Positions 19,920 to 29,783 are shown, counted from the first letter of the stretch. The stretch: DNA of 64,000 nt from Thermodesulfobacteriota bacterium (GCA_963675595.2 CAXXLZ010000002.1:2912001-2976000), one strand, 5' to 3'. Program-made: numbers and translations. Notes: generated by a model from the letters alone, not told the origin.

Positions 19920-22772
19920 ATGGGCTTGAAGGAGTTGATGATGGAACCCTCTCATTACCATGGACGAAGAGTCGTATCCTTACTGCTTGTCTTGATATTC
20001 ATAGGTTCGTTCGTGTCGGTCGGATCAGCCGCTGCGAATGGAGCTTTTCCCATTGTGGATACGGGTCAGAACACTTTTTACGGAACCGGGCCTCAGATTC
20101 CCGAGCCCGATCCCGGGGATGCATTTTACGGTCAGGATGCGCAGTTTGACGGCAACCAACCCGCGTATACGCTCAGTTCGGACGGTTTGACCGTGTACGA
20201 CAACGTCACCGGCCTGACCTGGACGCAAACCCCCGATTTAGACCGCGACGGCGACATCGACGCCTCGGACAAACTGAGCTTTGCCGAAGCGCAAACCTAT
20301 GCCGATACACTCAATGCCCAAAGCTTTGGAGGCTACAACGACTGGCGACTGCCGTCCATGAAGGAGCTCTACTCCCTCATGGATTTTCGCGGAACCGACC
20401 CGAATACCACGGGAACCGATACCACCGGCCTGGTCCCCTTTATCGACACCGACTATTTCGCCTTTGCCTACGGCGACACCGCGGCCGGGGAGCGCATTAT
20501 CGACGCCCAGTTCTGGTCGTCCAACGCCTACGTGGGCACCGTTTTCGGCAACCGTTCGGCCGCCTTCGGCCTCAACCTGGCCGACGGACGCATCAAAGGA
20601 TATCCGACCTCCGGATTTGTGGTAAAACAGAACTACGTCTATTTTGTTCGCGGCAACACGGAATATGGAATCAACCACTTCACGGACAACGGAGACGGCA
20701 CGGTGACGGACGACGCCACCGGATTGATGTGGTCGCAGGACGACAGCGGCGAAGGGAAGACCTGGGAAGACGCCCTGGCTTGGGTACAAAGCAGGAACGC
20801 CGAGAGCCATCTGGGTCACAACGACTGGCGGCTGCCCAACGCCAAGGAGATGCAGAGCATTGTGGACTATTCTCGTGCGCCGGACGCCACAAGTTCGGCG
20901 GCCGGCGACCCGGTCTTCAACATCACTCAAATCACCAATGAAGACGGCGACGCTGATTATCCGTGGTTCTGGACCGGCACCACGCATGTGCGCGCCGACG
21001 GCAACGGCTCAAGCGGCGTCTACATCTGCTTCGGACGCGCCATGGGCTACATGAACGGATCCTGGCTGGACGTGCACGGAGCCGGAGCCCAGCGAAGCGA
21101 CCGAAAGGACGCCGACTTCAGCAGCTACACCTACGTGCCCTACGGCTGGTATTTCGCCATGAGCCCACAGGGAGACGCCGTTCGCGTCTACAACTACGTT
21201 CGGCTGGTACGGGACGCGGATACGGTCCAGGGCAACGTCTCCCCCACCGCCGAAGCGGGCGGCCCGTACCGGGGCGAACCGGGAGAACCCATCGTGCTGG
21301 ACGGTTCCGCCTCAACGGATACGGACGGTTCCATCGCACTCTACGAATGGGACCTGGACAACGACGGCCTGTACGACGAGGCAACCGGGGTGACCACCGC
21401 TTTCTCCGCTTCAACCGCCGGTACGATCACCGTGGGTCTTCGGGTCACGGACGACGACGGAGCCACGGACACGGATACGGCCGCCGTTTACGTGGCGGAG
21501 CAAGGCACGGCTTTCGAAGGCTACAATCTGTTCGCCTCCCTTAATGCCACCACCACCTACTTGATGGACAACGACGGAAACTTCGTCCACTCCTGGGAAA
21601 CGGACTACCGGCCGGGCATCTCGGTCTATCTGTTGGATAACGGAGAACTGCTGCACACGGGCAACGCCGGTAACACGAACTTTGGAACCGGCGGCGCCGG
21701 CGGCGTCATACAGACCATCGATTGGGACGGAAACGTCACCTGGGAATACCGATATTCCGATACGTCGCACCTGCAGCACCACGACGTGGAGATTCTGCCC
21801 GACGGCAACGTGCTCATGATCGCCTGGCAACATAAATCTTATGCCGAGGCCGTGGCCGCCGGCCGAAATCCCTCATTGTTGACCGACGGCGAACTTTGGC
21901 CGGACAGTGTCGTGGAAGTGCGCCCCACCGGCTCCGCCACCGGGGAGATCGTCTGGGAGTGGCACGTATGGGACCATCTGATCCAGGATTTCGATTCCTC
22001 CAAGCCCGATTACGGACCGCCTTCGGACCATCCGGAGCTCATCGACCTCAACTACGTCATGAACGGCGGGGCCGATTGGACGCACATCAACGCCGTCGAC
22101 TACAACGCCGACCTGGATCAGATTCTGTTGAGCGTGCACAACTTCAGTGAAATCTGGGTCATCGATCACGGCACCACCACGGCCCAAGCCGCCGGCCACT
22201 CGGGAGGAACAAGAGGCAAAGGCGGAGACCTCCTCTACCGTTGGGGCAATCCTTATGCCTACGGCGCCGGAACCACCTCCGACCAGCAACTGTTTGTTCA
22301 ACACGACGCCGAATGGATCGAATCCGGCAATCCGGGGGAGGGAAACATGCTTGTCTTCAACAACGGAGCGGGGCGACCGGAAGCGAACTACTCGTCGGTG
22401 GATGAAATCGTCCCTCCCCTTAATGCGGATGGGACCTATGCCCTGATTTCGGGCTCTTCCTACGGTCCGGATCAGCCGCTTTGGACGTACACGGCGGATC
22501 ATCCCACCGATTTCTTCGCCCGAAACATCTCGGGACAGCAACGCATGCCCAACGGCAACACCTTGATCTGCAACGGGCCGGATTCGTACTTCTTTGAGGT
22601 GACCGAATCGGGAGAAACGGTCTGGGAATACGATTTCACGGGAGAGGTCTTCAAGGTGGAGCGATACGCTCCGGAATATCCGGGGTTCGACGGCACCCCC
22701 CTGGATGACGTCTCCAAGAAGTCGAAGGTTCACGCGTTGCCGGCGGTAATTCTCACGCTGCTGAGCGATTAG
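19920..22772 (+). CDS. Secreted DUF1566 x2 - PKD - arylsulfotransferase (ASST-like) fusion
   Basis: DUF1566 motifs as in the previous gene; PKD segment PTAEAGGPY...LDGSASTDTDGSIALYEWDLD; ASST motifs QHHD, EIVWEWHVWDH, DWTHINAVDY, LLYRWGNP, QHDAEW and PNGNTLI. Confidence 0.88.
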   Translation: MGLKELMMEPSHYHGRRVVSLLLVLIFIGSFVSVGSAAANGAFPIVDTGQNTFYGTGPQIPEPDPGDAFYGQDAQFDGNQPAYTLSSDGLTVYDNVTGLTWTQTPDLDRDGDIDASDKLSFAEAQTYADTLNAQSFGGYNDWRLPSMKELYSLMDFRGTDPNTTGTDTTGLVPFIDTDYFAFAYGDTAAGERIIDAQFWSSNAYVGTVFGNRSAAFGLNLADGRIKGYPTSGFVVKQNYVYFVRGNTEYGINHFTDNGDGTVTDDATGLMWSQDDSGEGKTWEDALAWVQSRNAESHLGHNDWRLPNAKEMQSIVDYSRAPDATSSAAGDPVFNITQITNEDGDADYPWFWTGTTHVRADGNGSSGVYICFGRAMGYMNGSWLDVHGAGAQRSDRKDADFSSYTYVPYGWYFAMSPQGDAVRVYNYVRLVRDADTVQGNVSPTAEAGGPYRGEPGEPIVLDGSASTDTDGSIALYEWDLDNDGLYDEATGVTTAFSASTAGTITVGLRVTDDDGATDTDTAAVYVAEQGTAFEGYNLFASLNATTTYLMDNDGNFVHSWETDYRPGISVYLLDNGELLHTGNAGNTNFGTGGAGGVIQTIDWDGNVTWEYRYSDTSHLQHHDVEILPDGNVLMIAWQHKSYAEAVAAGRNPSLLTDGELWPDSVVEVRPTGSATGEIVWEWHVWDHLIQDFDSSKPDYGPPSDHPELIDLNYVMNGGADWTHINAVDYNADLDQILLSVHNFSEIWVIDHGTTTAQAAGHSGGTRGKGGDLLYRWGNPYAYGAGTTSDQQLFVQHDAEWIESGNPGEGNMLVFNNGAGRPEANYSSVDEIVPPLNADGTYALISGSSYGPDQPLWTYTADHPTDFFARNISGQQRMPNGNTLICNGPDSYFFEVTESGETVWEYDFTGEVFKVERYAPEYPGFDGTPLDDVSKKSKVHALPAVILTLLSD

Positions 22773-23211
22773 CCCTCGACTTGGGCCTGCTTCGCCGGTA
22801 CGTAGCCCGTCGTCCTCAACAACATCACACAAAGAATGTGCTCCCAAAGACGATCCTTCGCCGGCCGGATCGTCTTCCTCCTTCCTCCTCTTCAGAGTAT
22901 TTCCCCGAAATCCGGTTTCGCTTTTAATTCTCAGCCGATATGCATTGGATCATTGGCAAGTTCAGTAAAAAACTAGTATCATTCAAATTTAATGGACAAC
23001 ATGATCTCGCACCGATTCACAGAGTCATTTGCCGGCTAATCTCGGTATATTCCAGGCTTGGCCTTCCCCGGACTCGATGATTTTCACCGGGCGCCTCTCC
23101 ACCGAAGACGGACAAGAAACAGGTTCCCCGTCGGCGATTTTCAGGTCTCAAGACAAAACGCGACGGTGCGTAACGAACCCCGTATTCGGTCACCCCGGAA
23201 AGGAATATCGG

Positions 23212-23364
23212 ATGGCTTCCATGAATGATGAGAAGTCGCCCCGAGAACCGCGCGAACCCGACACTCCCGCAGCCAAGGAAGGCCTGTTCAAGCGTTGTCT
23301 TCGAAAGATTCTCAAGTGGGTCTTGAATCTCATCGATTTCATTACGTACATCCTGCCGTTCTGA
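23212..23364 (+). CDS. Possible small protein with an amphipathic/hydrophobic C-terminus
   Basis: AAAGGA upstream; MASMNDEKSPREP...LFKRCLRKILKWVLNLIDFITYILPF. No homology recognised. Confidence 0.3.
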   Translation: MASMNDEKSPREPREPDTPAAKEGLFKRCLRKILKWVLNLIDFITYILPF

Positions 23365-23536
23365 ATCGACGTCGCAGTCCGCCGCCATACCGGGAACCGA
23401 CCGGATTCCGTCCATAAAGGGACGAAGCCGAACCCATGAGACTTTGAGCCGATTCGGACCAGTCAAGCCTGGATGCCTTGGTCGGAAGTTCCGGTCATTA
23501 CCGACCCGGTAACCTGCCCGGATGGACCCCCGAATT

Positions 23537-24916
23537 TCAGGTCAGCGGTAACCGAATGATCACTTCGAGCCCGCCCTCTTCCGCGTTTTGAGCGGTCACG
23601 GTCCCGTCGTGGAGTTTCACCGATCGTTCCGTGATGGCCAAGCCGAGCCCCACCCCGCCCGTGTCCCGTTCTCGGGCGTGCGACGCACGATAAAACGGCT
23701 GGAAGAGATGGGAGATGTGGTCTTCCGGCACGCCGGCCCCGTGATCTCGAACACGGATCTGCGCATAAGCGGCGTCCTCCTCCGTCGTTCTTTCGACGCG
23801 CACCTCCACCGTGGTGTTTTCCGCCGTGTGGTGCAGCGCGTTACGGACCACGTTTTCCACCGCCCGGTGCAGCAACTCCTCATTACCGGTCACCCGACAC
23901 TCGTCCGCTTTCCGGAGCACCACCTTCCGGTTCTTTCCGGCGGCTTCGAACGCGGCATCCGATACCACTCGACGTACCATGGCCCCCACATCCAGAGATT
24001 TCTTCTCGATGGCGTCAATGCCGCTCTCCATCCAGCGCATGGTCAGAATTTGGCCCACCAATTGGTTCATCTGGTCGGCCTCATGCTCGATGCGGCTCAA
24101 TTCTTTTTCGGCGTCGGGTCCCGTTTTTCGTCTGGCAAGCTCCAAGGCCACGTTGAGGCGGGCGAGAGGAGAGCGAAGCTCGTGGGAGATGTCGGCCAGC
24201 AACTGCTTCTGCAGCACCACGAAGGCTCCGATTCGCTTCGCCATGTGGTTGAAGTCGTCGGCGAGCTCGGAGAACTCGTCCTTTCGGTTGCCGATCTTTT
24301 TGCCGATACGCACGTCCAGGTCGCCGGCGGCGAAACGCCGTGTGGCCTTCCTCAGGGCGATGATGGGCGTGGACAGATAGCGGGCGAGGCCATAGCAAAC
24401 CAGACCCGAAATTGACAGCACCAGGAGAATTCGAGCCGGCGCGAAGGGCGAATGCATGAACGGGGGAAGCGGCGGACGGTGAAAAGCTCGCTCCCCCACG
24501 ACCACAAGCGGGCCTCGATCCCCATCGCCCAGGGGAATCGCCACAAGACCAACGTCGTCCCCCGCGGAAGTCACCACCCGGCCCCGCGTGGCGGCTTTGG
24601 TTCCTAGCTCCAAGACCTCCTCCGGCGCTTCCCGGCCGTTGAGCTCCAGCCGGCCGTCGAGCAGATAGGCGTCGATGCCCGTGGACTCCCTGAAGGTCTC
24701 CGTCATACGCGAGACCGAGGAAGGATCCCCATTGAAGTAAAGGTCCCGGGCGACCCGACCGAAGAACGCGAGAGGACGGGCCACATCGTGCCGCATTCCA
24801 TCAAAGGGGGGGCCCGATTCCGTAATTCGATCCAGCGTGATCTGAGAAGCCACCACCACGGCGGTAGCCAGCCAAAACCACAGATAGATCTTGATGAAGA
24901 TGCGTTGCTTTCGCAT
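23537..24916 (-). CDS. HAMP sensor histidine kinase, CpxA-like
   Basis: IFIKIYLWFWL, HAMP DEFSELADDFNHMA, DISHELRSPLARLNVALEL and GGVGLGLAI. Confidence 0.9.
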   Translation of the reverse strand: MRKQRIFIKIYLWFWLATAVVVASQITLDRITESGPPFDGMRHDVARPLAFFGRVARDLYFNGDPSSVSRMTETFRESTGIDAYLLDGRLELNGREAPEEVLELGTKAATRGRVVTSAGDDVGLVAIPLGDGDRGPLVVVGERAFHRPPLPPFMHSPFAPARILLVLSISGLVCYGLARYLSTPIIALRKATRRFAAGDLDVRIGKKIGNRKDEFSELADDFNHMAKRIGAFVVLQKQLLADISHELRSPLARLNVALELARRKTGPDAEKELSRIEHEADQMNQLVGQILTMRWMESGIDAIEKKSLDVGAMVRRVVSDAAFEAAGKNRKVVLRKADECRVTGNEELLHRAVENVVRNALHHTAENTTVEVRVERTTEEDAAYAQIRVRDHGAGVPEDHISHLFQPFYRASHARERDTGGVGLGLAITERSVKLHDGTVTAQNAEEGGLEVIIRLPLT

Positions 24917-24933
24917 GCGATAAATCCGACGAC

Positions 24934-25656
24934 TCAGTCATCCGAGCCGTTTGTTTCAGGGGTGAGGGCATACAAGTAACCTGCGCTGCGGATGGCCTTG
25001 ATGCGCTCCGTTCCGGCCACCAGGCGGCCGAGCTTCTTTCGAAGCCTGCTCACATGCACGTCGATGCTGCGGTCGTAAGGGGAGTGCGAACGCCCAAGTA
25101 CCTTATTGATGAGCAGCTCCCTGGACACGATACGCCCGGCGTTGCGCAGCAGCAGTTCCAGCAGGTCGAATTCAACGGCCGTGAGGTCGATGGTCTTCCC
25201 CGCGCACGAGACGCGACGAGCCGGGAGGTCCATGTCCACATCGCCCACCTTAAGGCTGCCCGGAGGCAACGTGGGGTCCGAGCTGTTCTGATCTCCCTTG
25301 GTGCGCCTAAGCACCGCTTTGGCCCTGGCGATCAGTTCTCTTGGATTGAACGGTTTGGGCAGATAATCGTCGGCCCCCATTTCCAAACCCAAAATGCGAT
25401 CCACTTCGCTTCCGCGTGCGGTGAGCATAACCACGGGAGTGGAATTGGATTGTCGGATTTGTCGTAGGGCCTCGAAGCCCGTGCAGCCCGGCAGCATGAC
25501 ATCCAGAACGACCAGGTCGTAGTCGCCCGCGCAGGCCCTGCCGGCTCCCTCGGGACCGTCATAAGAGACCTCCACGAGAAAGCCCTCCGGAGACAGATAT
25601 TCCACCAGCAGTTCACATAACTTTACATCGTCATCGATAATTAAGACGCGATCCAT
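24934..25656 (-). CDS. OmpR-family response regulator, CpxR-like
   Basis: MDRVLIIDDDVKLCELL, GADDYLPKPFNPREL and DRSIDVHVSRLRKKLG. Confidence 0.92.
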   Translation of the reverse strand: MDRVLIIDDDVKLCELLVEYLSPEGFLVEVSYDGPEGAGRACAGDYDLVVLDVMLPGCTGFEALRQIRQSNSTPVVMLTARGSEVDRILGLEMGADDYLPKPFNPRELIARAKAVLRRTKGDQNSSDPTLPPGSLKVGDVDMDLPARRVSCAGKTIDLTAVEFDLLELLLRNAGRIVSRELLINKVLGRSHSPYDRSIDVHVSRLRKKLGRLVAGTERIKAIRSAGYLYALTPETNGSDD

Positions 25657-25722
25657 TATTGTAACTTCCTTTGCCTTTCGCAAAATATATCTGTTCAGAT
25701 AACAGTCAAGTCGTTTTGTTAT

Positions 25723-25769
25723 GTGAAGAAATGTAAAGTCTGCGCTGAATTGTAATTACATATCTTTAC
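25723..25769. promoter_or_regulatory. Two oppositely oriented CpxR-like boxes
   Basis: GTGAA-N5-GTAAA at 25723-25737 (+) and GTAAA-N5-GTAAT at 25755-25769 (-), each one mismatch from GTAAA-N5-GTAAA, upstream of the CpxR-like gene. Confidence 0.55.
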
Positions 25770-26276
25770 ATAAATTCATTTTATTTCACACGATTTTTCC
25801 GTTATCAGGTCGATCTATATAGCATGTTGACGACAATAAATACGCGGAAAGTCTTTCAGTGGAAAATATTGCCGGGAAAAACCTTCCTTATCAAATCATG
25901 GGGAAGTCCGTACATCGATTCAATAGTACGGCGCTCCTCTTGATCAACCATAAACCTTTAACTTACAGGTACTTTGATAACACTTGCCTTGTAGATCGGC
26001 AAGACAAAATCAACCACCGGTATGAAACCAAGAAGGGTCTAAGGTGATTCTTTCGAGCTCCGATCCACGGAAAGCAGATCAGCCGCAAAGTGCTTACCCA
26101 ATAATCCGCCGGGCTCTTGGCGAGGCGCTCCATGCGAACGGACCATCGAACCATCCGGTTTCGCGGACCGCCCGAATCGCCGAATTGCCGCGGACATCAA
26201 TGTTTTGGGATGATCCCCCTCCCTCACCCTAAGCCGGCCGTCGGCCCCGCACCGTGAAGGGCCTCGAAAACGGAAT

Positions 26277-26291
26277 TGGCACATCCGTTGC
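26277..26291 (+). promoter_or_regulatory. sigma54 (-24/-12) promoter
   Basis: Exact TGGCAC-N5-TTGC (TGGCACATCCGTTGC), 56 bp upstream of the EF-hand gene. Confidence 0.7.
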
Positions 26292-26347
26292 CTGTAGAAG
26301 CGATGCGGTAAACCTGTTTTCTTCAGCCAACAATCAAGGAGGTAGCG

Positions 26348-27214
26348 ATGATCAGTGGAATGAGCGGAGCAGGCGCCATGTGGAGCCAAATGTCCGTTCC
26401 ACCCACACAGCCGAGCAAGGAGGAAATGTTCGGCAAGATGGATGAGAATTCGGACGGAGGCATCGATCAAAGCGAACTGGAATCCGTACTGGGGAAAATC
26501 GGAGGCAATTCCGACGACTCCACGGATGTGGTTGAGCTCTTCTCCCAGTATGACACCGACGAGGACGGAGTGCTCAGTCAAAATGAAACCGATGAAGTGA
26601 TGAAGTCCCTGCGGAAAGGGGCGCAGCAGTATGGTAATGGTTCCACCGGGCCGGATTTCAGTCAAATATTCGGAGAGGTGGATGAGGACTCGGACGGAGG
26701 CGTCAGCGAAACGGAAATGCAAAGCCTCTTGGATAAGATCGCTGAGAAATCAGGCGAAACCACCGACGTGGAAAGCCTCTTCTCGGAGTATGACGCCGAC
26801 GGCGACGGCGTGCTCGACGAAGACGAAGCCTTCAGCGCTTTCGAAGGCCTGCGGGAAGAGACTCAGGCGGCCGAGGGGGGAATGATGAGCGCCATGGGCG
26901 GACCCGGAATGCCGCCCCCACCTCCGCCGGACGCCTCTCAAGCAGCCGAGGATGCGGATTCCGACTCCGATGGCAGCATCGATGAGACGGAACTGCAGGC
27001 CTTCTTGGATCAACTCGCCGAAAACGCCGAAGTGACCACGGACGCATCGGAACTGATAGCCGAGTACGATTCCGACGGCGATGGAAAATTCAATGAAACC
27101 GAGGCCCGGAACGCTCTATCTTCGTTGTTCGGTGACATGCAGGCCTCAGCGAACACACCGAAAATGCCCATGTACTGGAAGGAAGGTTACAGACCTCTGG
27201 ATGTGGTGGCGTAG
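26348..27214 (+). CDS. Multi-EF-hand calcium-binding protein
   Basis: Six DxDxDG loops (DENSDGGIDQSE, DTDEDGVLSQNE, DEDSDGGVSETE, DADGDGVLDEDE, DSDSDGSIDETE, DSDGDGKFNETE); strong AAGGAGGT RBS. Confidence 0.92.
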   Translation: MISGMSGAGAMWSQMSVPPTQPSKEEMFGKMDENSDGGIDQSELESVLGKIGGNSDDSTDVVELFSQYDTDEDGVLSQNETDEVMKSLRKGAQQYGNGSTGPDFSQIFGEVDEDSDGGVSETEMQSLLDKIAEKSGETTDVESLFSEYDADGDGVLDEDEAFSAFEGLREETQAAEGGMMSAMGGPGMPPPPPPDASQAAEDADSDSDGSIDETELQAFLDQLAENAEVTTDASELIAEYDSDGDGKFNETEARNALSSLFGDMQASANTPKMPMYWKEGYRPLDVVA

Positions 27215-27557
27215 AAACGGACAGGCTGAAGACCGACCGGTTTCCGGCCTGTACCTCCTCTACCCTCCCCAGACCGTCCCTCTCCCACCTTCCCGCTCGG
27301 GAAGCGTTTCGGTATTTCTCCGGCGGTCGGTCGATCAAAGGTGTGCGTTCGGGGGTATCTTGGGGAATCCTCGCCAAACGGGATTCCCCTAATTTCTCCA
27401 ACGGATTCATGAAAATCGTGTCACTTTGGTTGCGGCGACACCATGCTGTTGCCGTTTCGTCCGCATTGGTGCATCATTTGGAAAGAGACTCGGCAAGCCG
27501 CCTTCGGGTGGGAAGCCGAACCGATCCCTACACCGTCCATCATAGGAGTCTTTTTCC

Positions 27558-27776
27558 ATGAACAAAAGCACCGTGCTGAAATTCATCAACCCGGCACTCG
27601 CCCTTCTGCTGATCAACCAGGTCCTTTCCGGACCGCTGTACGCCGCCACCAACTCGGAGTTTCTGGAAGGCCTGCACACGGCGGGCGGCGTGACTCTGGC
27701 AGCCGTATCCGCACTCCACCTGTGGCTCAATTGGGGCTGGGTCCGCGCCACTCTGCTCAAGAAGCCGACCCACTAG
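27558..27776 (+). CDS. Small two-TM membrane protein (DUF4405-like)
   Basis: KFINPALALLL...LHTAGG...LHLWLNWGWV with two TM histidines; AGGAG RBS. Confidence 0.7.
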   Translation: MNKSTVLKFINPALALLLINQVLSGPLYAATNSEFLEGLHTAGGVTLAAVSALHLWLNWGWVRATLLKKPTH

Positions 27777-27835
27777 GGTCTGATTCTTCGCGAACAAAAG
27801 CCCGTCGCGGGATTGATGGATCTGCGCCGGGCATT

Positions 27836-27980
27836 CTTTGAAAAACGCAATCCACGCCCTTTCATTGCATCCCTCGCCGCTGCGCCGTGCTGCTATGTAC
27901 CTCTCGCTCCTCGAGATCTGCGAGCCTTGCACCCCATCGTTTTTCGCCGGCCTGTAATAACTCGACCTTTTCGACAGGCC
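27836..27980. repeat. MITE-like repeat, family B copy 2 (degenerate)
   Basis: TTTGAAAAACGCAATC...GCATCCCTCGCCGCTGCG...GAGCCTTGC...ATAACTCGACCTTTTCGACAGGC is homologous to the reverse complement of 13279-13423. Confidence 0.65.
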
Positions 27981-28077
27981 GTTGATTTGCTTTCCTTGCG
28001 GCTGCTGATATATTATCAGCCTATCAAGAATCCGGGCACGGAAATTGTCGCGTTCAACCGGCTGCATTGAATTCTGA

Positions 28078-28203
28078 CAGGCCGTCAAAACCGCTATCTG
28101 CGCCGTTGCTCTGCATCCCTCTTCACTACGTAGTACTTCTATGGGCGCCTTGTATATTATTGTTTTTCAACAGTCCGCAATAATCCGACTTTTTCACCGG
28201 AAT
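28078..28203. repeat. MITE-like repeat, family B copy 3 (internally deleted)
   Basis: ATCTGCGCCGTTGCTCTGCATCCCTCTTCACTACG...GCGCCTTG...TTTTTCAACAGTCCGCAATAATCCGACTTTTTCA. Confidence 0.65.
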
Positions 28204-28337
28204 GTTGAAAATGCCGTCATCACCCCCTTGCCCGCTTTTCTTCATTGTGGCCCGCAGAATCCTCCCCGTTCATTTGCTTCGTCTTTCCCGGAAAAGCGCA
28301 GGGATGATGGAACCGCTTCCCGTACCGAAAACCGTTC

Positions 28338-29606
28338 TTGTCATTCTCCGAGCAACCCTTGGAACAGGAGGCAGCTAGAATGCATTGGAAAGGAGTAGCT
28401 CCCCCCACTCACCGTGCTCCTCGCGAGGGGACAACGGCCACGAATCGAAGCCATTGGTTGAACGTTATTACTCAGTCATCCCCGTTTACAATAAAATTCG
28501 GCTTTCTCTGCTTTGTTCTGGTGCTTGTCTTATCGTCGGGTCTCGCCTTTGGTCGGCATATTATTGATCAGGGAATTTGGAAAAGCGCAGACGGAACCAT
28601 CAACTTATTTCTTCAAAAATACGACACCGGCTCTTGTGTGGTCGTAATGACCCGTGGAGACGCAAGCTATTATTGTTTTCTGGATTCCGACTGGTGGGAA
28701 GACGGAATCGCCGCCTATCAGGATATCGACGGGAATGCATACAAGCTCATTATCGAGACTTTGGTTCCCTATGGGGCCGAGATACGAAACATCTACCCTT
28801 ACATTCCGGGATATCCGTATTCAGTGGCCATGGATCGGGTTTTTGCCAACGCTTTCTCAGATACGGCACCCGTCAGCGGTATTTGGAAGAGCGATGACAA
28901 TGCCGTGAGCATTTATCTCCAGAAGTATTCCACCGGATCTTGCGTTGTGGTCTTCACGTCGGGAAGCGGCGCTTACACGGCATTTCTCGACCCGGACTTC
29001 TCCGACGGGATCAGTATGGAAAACGACCTGGCAAATGAAGGGTACCGTCTCGAAATAACCCCTGAAGAAAACAATCGGATTTTCGTTTCCATTCGCTTCC
29101 CTGATGGAACGGACCTATCCAAGTCACTCTACGCCGCCTTCCAGGAAGTTACTGACGATAATTTGGACTCGGACGGGGATGGTTATTCTAATGCGGATGG
29201 CGATTGCGACGATGTAAGCGACGATGTATATCCGGGGGCCGAGGAAATCTGCGGCGACGGCGTAGATCAAGATTGCGACGGCTCCGACCTTCAGTGCGAA
29301 AGCAACGAACCGCCCGCATTCGCGCCTATGCACTCACACGAAATCGACTATGAATACGACAAGTTCGGTATTCTGATCAACGGGATACTTACGGTGACTC
29401 AAACCGCCTCAGATCCCGACGGGGATGCACTTTCCTACCAATGGAAAGTCGGCTCCGGATGCGGCGAAATTCTCGAAGGTGAAAATTCTTCAATGGTGGA
29501 AGTGGATCTTTGCGTTGTTCTCGGTGAGTTCGCGCCAGTGACGCTGGAGTTGGTCGTATCGGACGGACACGGGCATATAGTAAGCAAGTCCTTTAATTTT
29601 CAATAA
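28338..29606 (+). CDS. Secreted protein with a duplicated N-terminal domain, a MopE-like metal-binding motif and an Ig-like C-terminus
   Basis: GIWKSADGTINLFLQKYDTGSCVVV / GIWKSDDNAVSIYLQKYSTGSCVVV repeat; DSDGDGY...DCDD...VYPGAEEICGDGVDQDCDG; ASDPDGDALSYQW. Start uncertain. Confidence 0.75.
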   Translation: MSFSEQPLEQEAARMHWKGVAPPTHRAPREGTTATNRSHWLNVITQSSPFTIKFGFLCFVLVLVLSSGLAFGRHIIDQGIWKSADGTINLFLQKYDTGSCVVVMTRGDASYYCFLDSDWWEDGIAAYQDIDGNAYKLIIETLVPYGAEIRNIYPYIPGYPYSVAMDRVFANAFSDTAPVSGIWKSDDNAVSIYLQKYSTGSCVVVFTSGSGAYTAFLDPDFSDGISMENDLANEGYRLEITPEENNRIFVSIRFPDGTDLSKSLYAAFQEVTDDNLDSDGDGYSNADGDCDDVSDDVYPGAEEICGDGVDQDCDGSDLQCESNEPPAFAPMHSHEIDYEYDKFGILINGILTVTQTASDPDGDALSYQWKVGSGCGEILEGENSSMVEVDLCVVLGEFAPVTLELVVSDGHGHIVSKSFNFQ

Positions 29607-29783
29607 CCAAACTCGCCTGATATCCCATTAGAGACGGATTCGATCCGAGACCGCTCTTGCGGCTTCGGTTCGAACCCGTCAAAGGAAACCTGGAAAGATC
29701 CGTGGATGGCGGCCCCCTATCGGCAGCGGATCGCTTCCGTGTCCGATGCTTTTCATAACAGCCACCGGAAGACTTGGAAATCT

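Noticed and set aside
18264-22772. Diversity-generating retroelement targeting the DUF1566 genes
   Set aside because: There is no reverse transcriptase in the window, both repeats are coding, and their differences are mostly synonymous rather than adenine-specific.
28385-28450. yybP-ykoY (Mn) riboswitch-like AAGGAGTAGC
   Set aside because: The downstream conserved elements are missing and the adjacent gene is not a transporter.
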